A stretch of DNA of 64,000 bases from a virus, in the IMG/VR virus record IMGVR_UViG_3300017963_000257, positions 1-64,000 of that record. The stretch is one strand, 5' to 3'. The number at the start of each line of letters is the position of its first letter. Position 1 is the first letter of the stretch. Made by a program: the position numbers and the translations under genes. Below the pieces are notes generated by a model. It worked only from the letters and a program-made list of their open reading frames with translations. It ran no database searches and was not told the origin of the DNA. Positions 49,324 through 58,976 of this stretch are shown one piece after another.

Positions 49324-50907
49324 CTATTGTTCGGTTAGCGCTGCGTCCATGTCCTGCAGGACGAGATCGAATTCGTCCGGGGGGACGTCATTGATTTCGG
49401 CGTACTTCCCCTTTCGTAAAACCTGGAGAAACTTTGCCTCGCCCAACTGCTCTTTGTATTGCAGCATTGCAGACTGGAACGCCGCTTTCATTCGGTTTTG
49501 CTGCTCTTTCTCTTTGAGCTTAGGGTCGTCCTCGTCTTCCCCATCATCCATGCCTTGGAACAGGTTGGATCCTATCTGTCCCTCGTTCTGGGGAGGCGGT
49601 TCTTCTTCGGTTTGAGGCGGTTCTGCCTGCCCGGTAGAGTCTTGGGGCGGTGGGGCGCTGGCACGAGGCTTATACCCGGGCTGGCCCTCGGCTCGATAAC
49701 CCGCTCCCATGACACGGCGCCACTTGTCAAAGAAGAAATCTTTGTCCTCTGGGGATAGGCCATCAATCTCACCACGATGCTTCTCTTCCCATGCTTTCAG
49801 ACCCGTTTTCTTGAGGCCTCCAATATCATCCTTCAGGGTTTTCTGCTCTTCTTGAGGCGGGGTAGATCCACCCTCCCCCTTTGGCGGATAGTTGGTTGCC
49901 TCCCATTCCTTAAACGCCTTCGTGAATGCCTGCGGATCTCCCAGCGCATCATCCATGATCTCGCTTTCCGCCCTGCCATACTCTTCCGTGCATGCAGAAA
50001 TGAACTTGTCCACATGCTCCTTCGAAAGGTTCTCGGCCTGGATCAACTTGGAAAACTCTTCGCCCATATCCGGTGGCTGTGGGGGTTCGGTAAGGTCTGC
50101 AGGACCGCCTCCCAAGGCTCCACTTAGGAACGGGTTGAAGCCGCCCCCTGTCTGCCCCATATCAGTTTCATTGTCGAAGGAAACTGCCTTCATGAACTCG
50201 ATTGATGCCGGGACCATCTTGGATGAATGCTTGAGCACGGTCTTTAGGTTCATATCCTCCGGCCATACCAGCCACGGAGAGTCCTCGTTTTTATATTTGA
50301 TTGCGTTTTGGTACGCTTGGGACCGGTCACGTCTCTTGTGAATGTCATCGATGAACATGAATTCGGGGTGCTTGGTACCGTCCTTGAGGACCCACACACA
50401 ATAAGCCCCGAATATTTCACCGCTGGCACCACTTTTTCTCTTTTCACGGTCGAGGTACCACGGCCTATGAATGATCTCCCGCTCGGTGCCATATTTAATG
50501 TCGAATTCATCGTTTTCGTAAACGTTGAACCCATACACGTCAGAAATGGTACCGGTTCGCCTGGCTAAATCGATCAGGCCCTGATAGCCTAACTGGAACT
50601 GGCATTCGAGAACCTTTTGCCATCTCCCCCCTATCTGCTTGTTGTTGTTGTACGGAATGAGATATGCCCGTCCCAGTACGGGTTCCGTTCCGAGCTGGGC
50701 CGCCTGCATTATCGCCCCAAAGATGCTCTCTCGGGTGCAATCGAGGATGCGCGGGTTTTTTAATGCCGTCGTAAACACGATCCTGAGCAACCGTTCTGCG
50801 TCCATCCATTTAGGCATGGCAGCCTCAAATTGTTTCTGTTTGGCGAACAGTTCCTCCCTCAACGAAATTGCCTTTTGCTGTACCACTGTTAGTTGCTGTG
50901 TTGCCAT
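49324..50907 (-). CDS. recT: RecT single-strand annealing protein with long C-terminal extension
   Basis: CTRESIFGAIMQAAQLG, AYLIPY, QFQLGYQGLIDLARR and MNLKTV. Confidence 0.85.
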   Translation of the reverse strand: MATQQLTVVQQKAISLREELFAKQKQFEAAMPKWMDAERLLRIVFTTALKNPRILDCTRESIFGAIMQAAQLGTEPVLGRAYLIPYNNNKQIGGRWQKVLECQFQLGYQGLIDLARRTGTISDVYGFNVYENDEFDIKYGTEREIIHRPWYLDREKRKSGASGEIFGAYCVWVLKDGTKHPEFMFIDDIHKRRDRSQAYQNAIKYKNEDSPWLVWPEDMNLKTVLKHSSKMVPASIEFMKAVSFDNETDMGQTGGGFNPFLSGALGGGPADLTEPPQPPDMGEEFSKLIQAENLSKEHVDKFISACTEEYGRAESEIMDDALGDPQAFTKAFKEWEATNYPPKGEGGSTPPQEEQKTLKDDIGGLKKTGLKAWEEKHRGEIDGLSPEDKDFFFDKWRRVMGAGYRAEGQPGYKPRASAPPPQDSTGQAEPPQTEEEPPPQNEGQIGSNLFQGMDDGEDEDDPKLKEKEQQNRMKAAFQSAMLQYKEQLGEAKFLQVLRKGKYAEINDVPPDEFDLVLQDMDAALTEQ

Positions 50908-50919
50908 AAAATCTCCTTT

Positions 50920-51630
50920 CTATGCCCTCAACTTACTTTTCGGAACTTCCTTGATATCCAACCCAGGCTGTGGGTTCCTAAGCCCAGCATCCACAGCCTC
51001 TTGGATTTTCTTTGGGTCCGGGGAACACAAAACCCTATCAACCTTGTCTGGATTAGTGATCTCTGCAACCCATACCATTTCGATGCTCAAGCTGCTTCCT
51101 GATTCCGTGCGCGTTTGGAGTTTCTCTTTTTGTTCAACGGGTACCTGTGGAAGTGTAACCTTTTCGACGCCAGCCGCTTCTGCCTGAGCGTTAAGCTCCG
51201 CCTGCCTCTTTTCCGCAAGTCTTCTTTGTTTTTTCTCTTCTTCCCGTTTCTTCAATAATTTATTGTAGGCAAACGCCTCTGTTTTTTTCCGAAAAATGTC
51301 AACCGCTTCTTCCGCAGGCTGAGAGAACGCTTTTGCGAAAGAAATCAACTTCGTCCTATAATCGTTGTGCGGCCGGAGTTTTTTGTCCTTCAGGCTCGTA
51401 ACGGCCTTCGATAGCGCCCTCGCCTGCCCCATCATCGTAACGGCTTCAGCATTGGTAGCATCGTCTACCACCTCAAAAGCTGTGGCAATTTCTTTCATGG
51501 CCAAAATCTTTTTGCGATATGGCTCAAACTCCCGCTTGGCCGCATCCACGTCAAACGGCCTGATCCTTACGGGAAGATCCTCCGGTTCCTTACTCTTGGA
51601 TTGACCTGGTGCATAATTGAACGCCATCAT
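50920..51630 (-). CDS. Coiled-coil phage protein (Gam/Gp157-like)
   Basis: Long coiled coil with C-terminal PDPKKI..PGLDI. Confidence 0.5.
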   Translation of the reverse strand: MMAFNYAPGQSKSKEPEDLPVRIRPFDVDAAKREFEPYRKKILAMKEIATAFEVVDDATNAEAVTMMGQARALSKAVTSLKDKKLRPHNDYRTKLISFAKAFSQPAEEAVDIFRKKTEAFAYNKLLKKREEEKKQRRLAEKRQAELNAQAEAAGVEKVTLPQVPVEQKEKLQTRTESGSSLSIEMVWVAEITNPDKVDRVLCSPDPKKIQEAVDAGLRNPQPGLDIKEVPKSKLRA

Positions 51631-51820
51631 ACCTCCCTTCTGTGCCCTGGGTAACCTGCTGCAATACCATCTGTTCCTGGTCTTCCGGAACGTCGTTCAT
51701 GCTTCGAAATCCAAGGGACCTCAGTTTCGTCTTATAGGACATTGGGTTTTGCCGGTACGCCTCCATCATATCATTGAGAAAGTAAAATCGTCGGTTCCAA
51801 GTCATGTCCAGTCATACCTT

Positions 51821-52399
51821 TCAGGGTTGATTGAAAAAATTATGCGCGATTAACGCCCCATAGAAAGCCGCCCAGTAGGCGATCCGGTTTTCCGTGAACT
51901 CATCGAATCTCGCTATTTTGCCCTCAGGGCTCAAGCGTAAGGCCCCTATGCGGTCAACCTTCGGGATCTTATACTTGGGGTCCTCCTTTAACAGGTTCTC
52001 GTATCCGGCCATCTGAGCGCCCCAGGGCTTGCGATGAAGGGCGGCCGGCGTCTTCCAGTCTGGAAGAATGATCCCCCCAAGTTTATTGGACCTGATGCAA
52101 AGATCGGGATGCCCACAGTAACAGAGATCGTGATCCTCCAGCTCCTGCTCGACCAGAATCACATCGTCAACGAACATCTCGATCCACAGCCTTGCGGACT
52201 CAACGTATCCGGCATATTCCGCAGGTGGAGAAGGCGCCCACTTTCCCAGTAGGATGGCCGCGTTATGGGCATGTACGATCCTTCCCCTCTCCGCGGCCTT
52301 CTCCAAATTCCATGGGGGGACCTGGTCATACCCAGAATACGGAGATAGGATCTGCGTGACCGACGGATAGTCACTATCCTTGTGGTACTTTCCTGACAT
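51821..52399 (-). CDS. PD-(D/E)xK exonuclease (RecT partner)
   Basis: YPSVTQIL, RGRIVH, GHPDL, DWKT and QMAGY. Confidence 0.8.
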   Translation of the reverse strand: MSGKYHKDSDYPSVTQILSPYSGYDQVPPWNLEKAAERGRIVHAHNAAILLGKWAPSPPAEYAGYVESARLWIEMFVDDVILVEQELEDHDLCYCGHPDLCIRSNKLGGIILPDWKTPAALHRKPWGAQMAGYENLLKEDPKYKIPKVDRIGALRLSPEGKIARFDEFTENRIAYWAAFYGALIAHNFFNQP

Positions 52400-52604
52400 T
52401 CTCTCCGTAAACCTTCTTGATGCTGCTATGGAAATGGGATCCGATCGAGGGGGCTCCCCGCAAAACCTCATATTCCTCAACCGGTACGTCCGGGTATTCA
52501 TAATCATTCGACCCTTTATGGAATCGAATCCTTAGGGTGCGAGTTTCTTGGTCGTATCCAATATGGCTGATCATACTGGACTCGACTGACTTCATGTGGA
52601 TCAT
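52374..52604 (-). CDS. KTSC domain protein
   Basis: VESSMISHIGYD..YEYPDVP..APSIGSHF. Confidence 0.85.
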   Translation of the reverse strand: MIHMKSVESSMISHIGYDQETRTLRIRFHKGSNDYEYPDVPVEEYEVLRGAPSIGSHFHSSIKKVYGENVRKVPQG

Positions 52605-52634
52605 GGTTGCCTCCTTTCTTGGTTTTTGAGGCCT

Positions 52635-52662
52635 TATTATGCACTTTTATTTGTGACTGTCA
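52635..52662 (-). promoter_or_regulatory. Leftward promoter for the recombination operon
   Basis: TTGACA-N16-CATAAT on the minus strand. Confidence 0.55.
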
Positions 52663-52789
52663 AGCACTTTTTTGTGTCGGGCACAAAAAAACCAGGAAAC
52701 CGATGGGTGCCTGGCTCTTTGTGAAAACAGGAGAATTGGTTCGGTTATTTTTTAGGGGATTGGTGGCAACGGCGGGGATTGTTCGATGT

Positions 52790-53230
52790 TTAGGAGGCGC
52801 TTTCCTGTACCATTTTTTTTCGGGGTCCCTTACCTATGCCCAATTTCAATACGGCATACTCAAGGCATCTCTGAAGAAACCCAAGGTCCTTATCGTCCCC
52901 ATCGTTTGCCACGAGATTTGCGGTTAAGATTACCTGCTCCAGATACGGAAATCGTTGCCGTGCGGCCTCTTCAAGGCCGATGGCATGATACGCCTGCCCC
53001 ATGCTCGGGCAGCCCAGCAATAGGTCAGGTAAGGTGATTTGCGGGTATGCGTTCATGATACTTTCCAGGTCCTCCAGGGTGATCGGCGTAGTCCCCACTT
53101 CCTTTTTTGTATAGCCCGTTCTCTGAAGCCCCATGGCCGCGGCAAAATCGTCTTGGTTGACCTTTAACACTTTTCGAATGCGGTACAGGTTCTTCCTTAC
53201 GCATTGCGGCAAATTTGCTTTATCTTGCAT
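52790..53230 (-). CDS. CI-like XRE repressor
   Basis: NLYRIRKVLKVNQDDFAAAMGLQRTGYTKKEVG HTH; GGAGG RBS; divergent from the cro-like gene. Confidence 0.75.
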   Translation of the reverse strand: MQDKANLPQCVRKNLYRIRKVLKVNQDDFAAAMGLQRTGYTKKEVGTTPITLEDLESIMNAYPQITLPDLLLGCPSMGQAYHAIGLEEAARQRFPYLEQVILTANLVANDGDDKDLGFLQRCLEYAVLKLGIGKGPRKKMVQESAS

Positions 53231-53286
53231 GGTTACGTCCTCCGTCAAATTATTCAACATTTTTTTACTGGGGCCACATTTTGTGC

Positions 53287-53315
53287 TTGACAGGCCCATT
53301 TTTTTAAATTATGAT
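53287..53315 (+). promoter_or_regulatory. PR-like promoter (cro-like gene probably nearly leaderless)
   Basis: TTGACA-N17-TATGAT ending 8 nt before ATG 53324; overlapped by tgggcc..cacattttgtg..ggccca dyad. Confidence 0.7.
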
Positions 53316-53323
53316 CCTTTTCC

Positions 53324-53539
53324 ATGAAACTAAGAGCCTCACGACACAAACGAGATCGACCTACCGCGGTGTGGATGCGGGATGCCCGGCGAAGACTGGG
53401 GCTTACCCAACAGGAACTCGCGGATAGGGTGGGAAAGAAACGAGATAATATTGCAAAATATGAGACGGGGGCAAGCAACGCACCGGGTGAGGTTGTTATC
53501 GCCGTCGAAAAGCTTTTAAAGCTCGATCTCCATATTTAA
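53324..53539 (+). CDS. Cro-like XRE HTH protein
   Basis: RRRLGLTQQELADRVG..IAKYETG. Confidence 0.85.
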   Translation: MKLRASRHKRDRPTAVWMRDARRRLGLTQQELADRVGKKRDNIAKYETGASNAPGEVVIAVEKLLKLDLHI

Positions 53540-53551
53540 CAAGTCCACGCA

Positions 53552-53580
53552 ATACTATCTTATCTTCGACCCTTTGTCAA
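53552..53580 (-). promoter_or_regulatory. PRE-like leftward promoter antisense to cro
   Basis: TTGACA-N17-TAGTAT on the minus strand. Confidence 0.55.
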
Positions 53581-53633
53581 CAAAATAGTGCGTTATGCGC
53601 ACAAAGTCAAGACGGAGGTGAATAGAATTCATT

Positions 53634-53825
53634 ATGTTTTACAAATTAAAAGACCACCTTACCTCTTTGTTGGCCGTCCAGAAAGATAACGTTTTCCAGA
53701 TGGCCCTCGATCATCCCGAAAGTCTTTGTCGGGATCCGCAATTCTTCGCATGCAAATCAAAAATTGAGTTTTTGGTCGATATCCTCGATGAAGCCGAAAG
53801 GATTGAGGGGACGGCTTCTCTGTAG
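53634..53825 (+). CDS. Small hypothetical protein (cII position)
   Basis: GGAGGTG upstream. Confidence 0.45.
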   Translation: MFYKLKDHLTSLLAVQKDNVFQMALDHPESLCRDPQFFACKSKIEFLVDILDEAERIEGTASL

Positions 53826-53832
53826 GTGTAGC

Positions 53833-53862
53833 TTGACAATTTCGGACAAGCGTAAATATGAT
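53833..53862 (+). promoter_or_regulatory. Integrase promoter
   Basis: TTGACA-N18-TATGAT. Confidence 0.55.
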
Positions 53863-53895
53863 AGTTCCTTTTATCAACCCGTAGGAGGAACTGTC

Positions 53896-55092
53896 ATGAG
53901 CGGAATTATTTGGACTTATCAGCGGTGTCCCAGGTGTGGCGGTAGGTACCCAACCTCAAGGGGCGGGTACCCTATTGTTTGCGATAAATGCAAAACGCAA
54001 CCAACCAAATTTATTATTAAAATTCCGTTCCAAAAAAGAAGGTTGGCAATAAGCCACGATAGGGACGGCCGAACCGTCCATGACTTTAATCGGGCGAACA
54101 ATCTTCTTGGCCAAATCAGGTCGGAAATCCAGACAGGGATATTCGACCCGGAAATCTATAAACAGCAGTCGGCCACTAAGCTTGATCGGTTCTGGGGGTA
54201 TTTCGAAAGTAAATATGAAAAAAGCCCTGGAACCTATGCCAAACTTTCTACCATCCGAGAACACCACTTGGGTTGTCTAGGAAAACATCAGATGCGAGAC
54301 GTCCGAGCATATCATCTGAACGAATGGTGGAGGTGGCTTAGAGAAAAAGAGCTATCACCACATTATTTAAATGATATCCATCAGTGGGTTAAACGATTTT
54401 TTAATGAAGCCTACGAGTTAGACATCATTGAGAAGGTCCCTCATTTTCCAAAAAGAATAGTCGATCCAGTCCAGCATATTGAATGGCTTACCGCGGAGGA
54501 ACAGGAAAGTGTTCTGGATCATTTACCAAAATACGACAGGCCTATATATGAATTTTTATTCATAACAGGGTGTCGTGTTGGAGAAGCTATAGCCCTGCAA
54601 CAAGGCGATATTGATCTCCAAAAGGGAAAAACCGTTATTTCAAAAACCATTAGAAGAGATGGTACCTTTGGGCCAACTAAGGCCAAAAAGCCAAGGCTTA
54701 TTCCGCATTGCGATGATCTCTTAGCTTGCTATGTGGCTGCCAGGAAAATCAGCGGGCTCAAGGGATTCGTTTTTACCAATTGTTGGGGGCGCCATTATTC
54801 AGACGATTATCTGCGGGATAGACTTGGGAAGGCATGTGATGCTGCCGGCATTCCTCGAATCCCCCTGAAAAACGCCACGCGGCATTCGTGGGGGATGCAA
54901 CGGATACAGGATGGATATGACATTTTTACCGTATCCCAAGGTTATGGTCATTCTGATATTAAAATGACACAAAACTACGTGGAAATGCTTACAGCCCAAA
55001 CCGCCAAGCTATATGGGTTGCGACAAAAGCGCGAAAAGCGCAAGTCGGACAAGGTTGTAAATATTGGAAATAACACTGGTAAGTCTGTATAG
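53896..55092 (+). CDS. int: Tyrosine integrase with N-terminal zinc finger
   Basis: TGCRVGE, ATRHS and GHSDIKMTQNY; AGGAGG RBS; CxxC..CxxC N-terminus. Confidence 0.9.
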   Translation: MSGIIWTYQRCPRCGGRYPTSRGGYPIVCDKCKTQPTKFIIKIPFQKRRLAISHDRDGRTVHDFNRANNLLGQIRSEIQTGIFDPEIYKQQSATKLDRFWGYFESKYEKSPGTYAKLSTIREHHLGCLGKHQMRDVRAYHLNEWWRWLREKELSPHYLNDIHQWVKRFFNEAYELDIIEKVPHFPKRIVDPVQHIEWLTAEEQESVLDHLPKYDRPIYEFLFITGCRVGEAIALQQGDIDLQKGKTVISKTIRRDGTFGPTKAKKPRLIPHCDDLLACYVAARKISGLKGFVFTNCWGRHYSDDYLRDRLGKACDAAGIPRIPLKNATRHSWGMQRIQDGYDIFTVSQGYGHSDIKMTQNYVEMLTAQTAKLYGLRQKREKRKSDKVVNIGNNTGKSV

Positions 55093-55152
55093 AGGGAGAG
55101 TGCCATCCTCACACGGTGGAAGCCGCGAGTTCAAATCTCGCACCGCCCACCA
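55091..55152 (+). other. attP core: 3' part of tRNA-Val(CAC)
   Basis: Anticodon arm ccatc-ctCACac-ggtgg, T arm gcgag-ttcaaat-ctcgc, accgccc-A-CCA; 5' acceptor strand gggcggt absent. Confidence 0.85.
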
Positions 55153-55236
55153 CGCAAGAAAAACCAATAGGTTTGGTGATAAATATGAAGTAAGAAATGA
55201 TACAGAAAACAGCGTAAAAAGCGCGACAAAAATGCG

Positions 55237-55280
55237 AAAAGGCTCGGTTCCCAATATGGGTGCCGGGCCTTTTTGTTTTT
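55237..55280 (+). terminator. Intrinsic terminator downstream of attP core
   Basis: aaaaggctcgg...ccgggccttttt. Confidence 0.65.
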
Positions 55281-55294
55281 CGTGAGGGATAGGC

Positions 55295-55726
55295 GTGCAG
55301 TTTCCGTTTAAATATCGAAAGGTGGGCCGGTGCTGGATCTGCCAAACGAACGATGTCGATAAGGATGGATACGCGAGAGGTTCTTTAAATGGATCTTATG
55401 GGCATGCACACAGGTTGGTTTACGAATGGAAACATGGCCGCATCCTATCAAAAGAATTTGTTGTTAGACATAAATGTGACAATCGAATGTGTGTAAATCC
55501 ATCACATCTAAAACTGGGGACACATGCGGATAATGTTGCCGATAGGGTTAAGAGGGGAAGGTCTGCGTTTGGAGAGAAGGCTGGTCGGGCGATACTCTCT
55601 GAGGATCAAGCGAGAAGAATTAAGTACGATCAGGGCCACTCGAAGGCATCTTTGGCAAGACTGTATGGCGTTGACAGGAAAACCATTCGGTTGATTCAGC
55701 AGGGAGTAAATTGGGCGCATATTTAA
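55295..55726 (+). CDS. HNH endonuclease with C-terminal HTH
   Basis: AHRLVY, VRHKCDNRMCVNPSHL and DN. Confidence 0.85.
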   Translation: MQFPFKYRKVGRCWICQTNDVDKDGYARGSLNGSYGHAHRLVYEWKHGRILSKEFVVRHKCDNRMCVNPSHLKLGTHADNVADRVKRGRSAFGEKAGRAILSEDQARRIKYDQGHSKASLARLYGVDRKTIRLIQQGVNWAHI

Positions 55727-55745
55727 AGGGTATGGAGGTAAATCT

Positions 55746-56471
55746 GTGGGCGTGATATATGAGCCTAAAGGACGGGCAAGAGAGTACAGTCCCCTCGCGG
55801 TAAACCTATATACCGGGTGCGTGCATGGTTGTAAATACTGCTACGTCCCCGGTGTCTTACGTCAATTCAGGCCAAAATTCCACACCAACGTTAAACCTCG
55901 TAAGAACATCCTAAAAAAACTTGAAAGCGACTGCAAAAAGATGGAGGGGGATCCCCGACAAATTCTCCTCTGCTTTACCTGTGATCCCTATCAACCTGAA
56001 GACCAAGTCGAGAGCATCACCCGAGAAGCCCTCCTGATCCTCGAAAGACACCATATGAACGTGACGGTTCTCACGAAGGGGGGCCGACGGGCAATAAGAG
56101 ATTTTGACATCCTAAGGCAAAATGAGTGGTCATTTGGGACATCCCTGTCATTCTCCAGCAATAGGTTCGTTCGGGAATGGGAACCTGAGCCGTCTGCCAA
56201 TCCACTTGAAAGGATTGAGATTATCAGGGGTGCCTATGAGTCAAATATTGCAACGTGGGTGTCCGTTGAACCGGTGATTTATATTTCTGAGGCACTTGAA
56301 GTGATGGACACCCTTAAGGACATAGTGAACCACTGGAAGATAGGAAAGTTGAACTATTTCCCAGACATAGAGAGGACAATAGACTGGACATTTTTCTTGA
56401 AATCGGCAGAGAGAATTCTGCAGGGCCGGTCCTACTACATCAAGAAAGACTTAGAGGCGTATCGGAAATGA
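55746..56471 (+). CDS. Radical SAM protein (SplB-like)
   Basis: NLYTGCVHGCKYCY; DPYQP; LTKG; SVEP. Confidence 0.8.
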   Translation: MGVIYEPKGRAREYSPLAVNLYTGCVHGCKYCYVPGVLRQFRPKFHTNVKPRKNILKKLESDCKKMEGDPRQILLCFTCDPYQPEDQVESITREALLILERHHMNVTVLTKGGRRAIRDFDILRQNEWSFGTSLSFSSNRFVREWEPEPSANPLERIEIIRGAYESNIATWVSVEPVIYISEALEVMDTLKDIVNHWKIGKLNYFPDIERTIDWTFFLKSAERILQGRSYYIKKDLEAYRK

Positions 56472-57089
56472 CCATACTGCAACCGGGCGAAATTATTATT
56501 GGGAAGAGGTTCGTGGAGGGGCTGGAAAAGGCGAGAAGAGAGATAGCAGAAAAAATGATGGCAGAGAGGATGGAACTCTACGCACGTCAGCTCATCTATG
56601 CCGATCGCCCACCGAATATTATTATTCAACTTCACGATAGCCCCCAAGAAAGGTCTTCGGAAGAACCTGTCACCATAACGACTGAAAGTGTTACCTTTTC
56701 AATCGACCCCGTTGCCCTGCGCCTTGGGGAACCTAAACCCTCGTACAAGAGGATCGTCAAGAAAAGAAAGGAAGGAGATTAGCATGGGAAAAATACCAAT
56801 CACACTACAGATCCAAGACCCTGAAGGGAATGTGGTTAAGGAAAAGAATATCACGATCTCAACGGACGACACCCTCATCTTTCGATTTACCGATTTTCAT
56901 GTGTATAACAATTTTATAAGAATGGATCCAGAAAGACGGCAAGAGATGTTTGGCACATTTAAAAAGGCCATCGATGAGGGCGGTGGAACACTGGTCTTAC
57001 CCCCTTTCTGCGAACTCCAAGTCTTACACAAGCGAATTGAAGTAGAGGTAGCAGTTTCCCCAGAAGACTGGAAATCAGATAAGAAATAG
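56468..57089 (+). other. Two hypothetical genes (56468-56782, ~56784-57089)
   Basis: Abutting ORFs with RBS. Confidence 0.5.
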
Positions 57090-57131
57090 GCCCTTGCATG
57101 CGATCTGGAAACTGGGTCCCTATAATTTAGA

Positions 57132-57902
57132 ATGGCGAATCCTCAACTCGAAAATGGTCATATTAAGATTGCCAACGATATTTGGGATGCATTGGCTAAG
57201 ATTCGTATAAGCGGTGAAGAGTGGCAGGTGCTAAATGTCATTCTTCGAAAGACATACGGTTGGAATAAAAAACAGGATCACATATCTCTGTCTCAATTTG
57301 TTTTAGCTACGGGTTTAAAGAAGCCAAATATTGTCCGAGCAAGGCAAAAGTTGTTATCAAAAAAGATAATCGTTATCAAAAAAGATAACCAGTTAAACGT
57401 AATTTACCGGTTTAATAAGGATTTTGATTCATGGAAACCTTTATCAAAAAAGATAACCGTTATCAAAAAAGATAACACATCGTTATCAAAAAAGATACCC
57501 ACAAAAGACACTGTACAAAAGACAAAAAGAAATATATGCGCAAAAACCAAGAAAAATGATGATGTAGATAACAATGAATTTCAAGTTTTCTACGAAGCCT
57601 ACCCCAAAAAGAAATCTAAGGAGGCAGCATTTAGGGCATGGCAGAAAACACGAAAGGATAGACCATCGTTACGAAATCTCTTAAAAATCCTCAAAACTCA
57701 CGTGGGAAGTGAAGATTGGAAAAAAGAAAATGGGAAATACATTCCTTACCCGGCTAGCTGGTTGAATGGGCGCCGGTGGGAGGATGAAGTCGAAACCACA
57801 ATATCGGAAACAACTGTCACCTGTTGTAAAGCCTGCGGCCGCTCAGATTGGATGGAACTGAATGATAGAGGGATTTGCGAGAAATGCCGTTCAAACCAAT
57901 AG
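57132..57902 (+). CDS. Lambda O-like replication initiator
   Basis: MANPQLENGHIKIAN..RKTYGWNKKQDHISLSQF; FYEAYPKK..YPASWLNG.RWED. Confidence 0.9.
   Translation: MANPQLENGHIKIANDIWDALAKIRISGEEWQVLNVILRKTYGWNKKQDHISLSQFVLATGLKKPNIVRARQKLLSKKIIVIKKDNQLNVIYRFNKDFDSWKPLSKKITVIKKDNTSLSKKIPTKDTVQKTKRNICAKTKKNDDVDNNEFQVFYEAYPKKKSKEAAFRAWQKTRKDRPSLRNLLKILKTHVGSEDWKKENGKYIPYPASWLNGRRWEDEVETTISETTVTCCKACGRSDWMELNDRGICEKCRSNQ
57353..57498. repeat. Origin iterons TTATC-AAAAAA-GATA(A) x5 within the initiator gene
   Basis: Copies at 57353, 57372, 57441, 57459 and 57482. Confidence 0.9.
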
Positions 57903-58044
57903 CAAAGCCTGAAGATTACCCAGAACGCACGCAAAGGCGGCCAAGTGGTTGGGTAACGAAGCATCAGGAAAATAATCTAAAAAGGGCCTTGGGGGATCCG
58001 TTGTGGGAATACCTTGAGGCCCTGGAAAGGAGGAAAAACAAGAA

Positions 58045-58400
58045 ATGCCTGGAAAGATTGTATGGATCGATACGGAAACAGGGGGGACAGATCCTAAAAA
58101 GCATGCTCTCCTTCAAACGGCTGTTGAGATTTTTATCGACGGGGATCTGAAGGAAATACGTAGACCGGTATGATCCCTTGGATAAGTTCGTGTTCGCAGG
58201 ATACAATGCCAGGTTCGACATGGACTTTGTGAGGGCTCTCTTTGAGAAAAGCGGGGATTCGTACTTTGGAAGCTGGTTTTACTCGGCTCCTTTGGATGTG
58301 ATGTCCTTCGTTGCTGAAGCGGTTCATAGCTTCCAGCCACGATGCTATGGAGGATATCCGTGCCACAAGGAAGTTGTACGGAAAACTGAAAGTTTTATGA
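58045..58400 (+). pseudogene. DnaQ/DEDDh exonuclease remnant
   Basis: ExoI WIDTETGG, ExoII GYNARFD and ExoIII HDAMEDI separated by two frame changes. Confidence 0.75.
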
Positions 58401-58414
58401 GGAAGGGGGTGCGG

Positions 58415-58879
58415 ATGTCACGATACGCTGAGAAAACATCTGTCTCGGTTGAAAAATCCAAGGCTGAAATTGACAAAATACTTCAGCGGTACGGTGCCAG
58501 CCAATTTATTTCAGGATGGGATCAGGAAATGGCTTACATCGGTTTTTATATGGCCGATAGGATGGTCAAGTTCGTTCTACCTCTACCTCCGAAGGATTCC
58601 GATGAATTCATACGCACGCCCGGGAGAAGGACTAAGCGAACTCACGAGAAGGCCTTGGCCGCATGGGAACAGGCCTGCAGGCAGAGATGGAGGGCCTTGT
58701 CATTGGTCATTAAGGCGAAACTGGAGGCGGTTGAAACCGGGATTACCAGTTTTGAAGACGAATTCCTCGCGCATATTATGTTGCCGGATGGACGGACAGC
58801 GGGTGAGTTTCTAAAACCCCAGCTGGATGTGGCATACCAACAGAAGAAAATGCCGAAACTTTTACCATGGGGGAATTAA
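58415..58879 (+). CDS. Phage hypothetical protein
   Basis: MSRYAEKTSVSVEKS..IKAKLEAV..FEDEFL. Confidence 0.7.
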   Translation: MSRYAEKTSVSVEKSKAEIDKILQRYGASQFISGWDQEMAYIGFYMADRMVKFVLPLPPKDSDEFIRTPGRRTKRTHEKALAAWEQACRQRWRALSLVIKAKLEAVETGITSFEDEFLAHIMLPDGRTAGEFLKPQLDVAYQQKKMPKLLPWGN

Positions 58880-58976
58880 AAAATATGGATTGGCCAACTG
58901 CATTTGCTATCGTTGGGGGAGCATGGGCCATTGCGTTTGTGCTGTGGGTGATAATAAAATATGAGAAATAGCGAAC

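Noticed and set aside
51821-52399. Cas4 as an acquisition partner for the array
   Set aside because: Lacks the four Fe-S cysteines and sits in the RecT operon as an ordinary exonuclease
55080-55152. Complete phage tRNA-Val gene
   Set aside because: 5' acceptor strand and the first half of the D stem are missing; better explained as attP core
58178-58879. Single 233-aa gene
   Set aside because: N-terminal part is the ExoII fragment of a DnaQ pseudogene; the real gene likely starts at 58415
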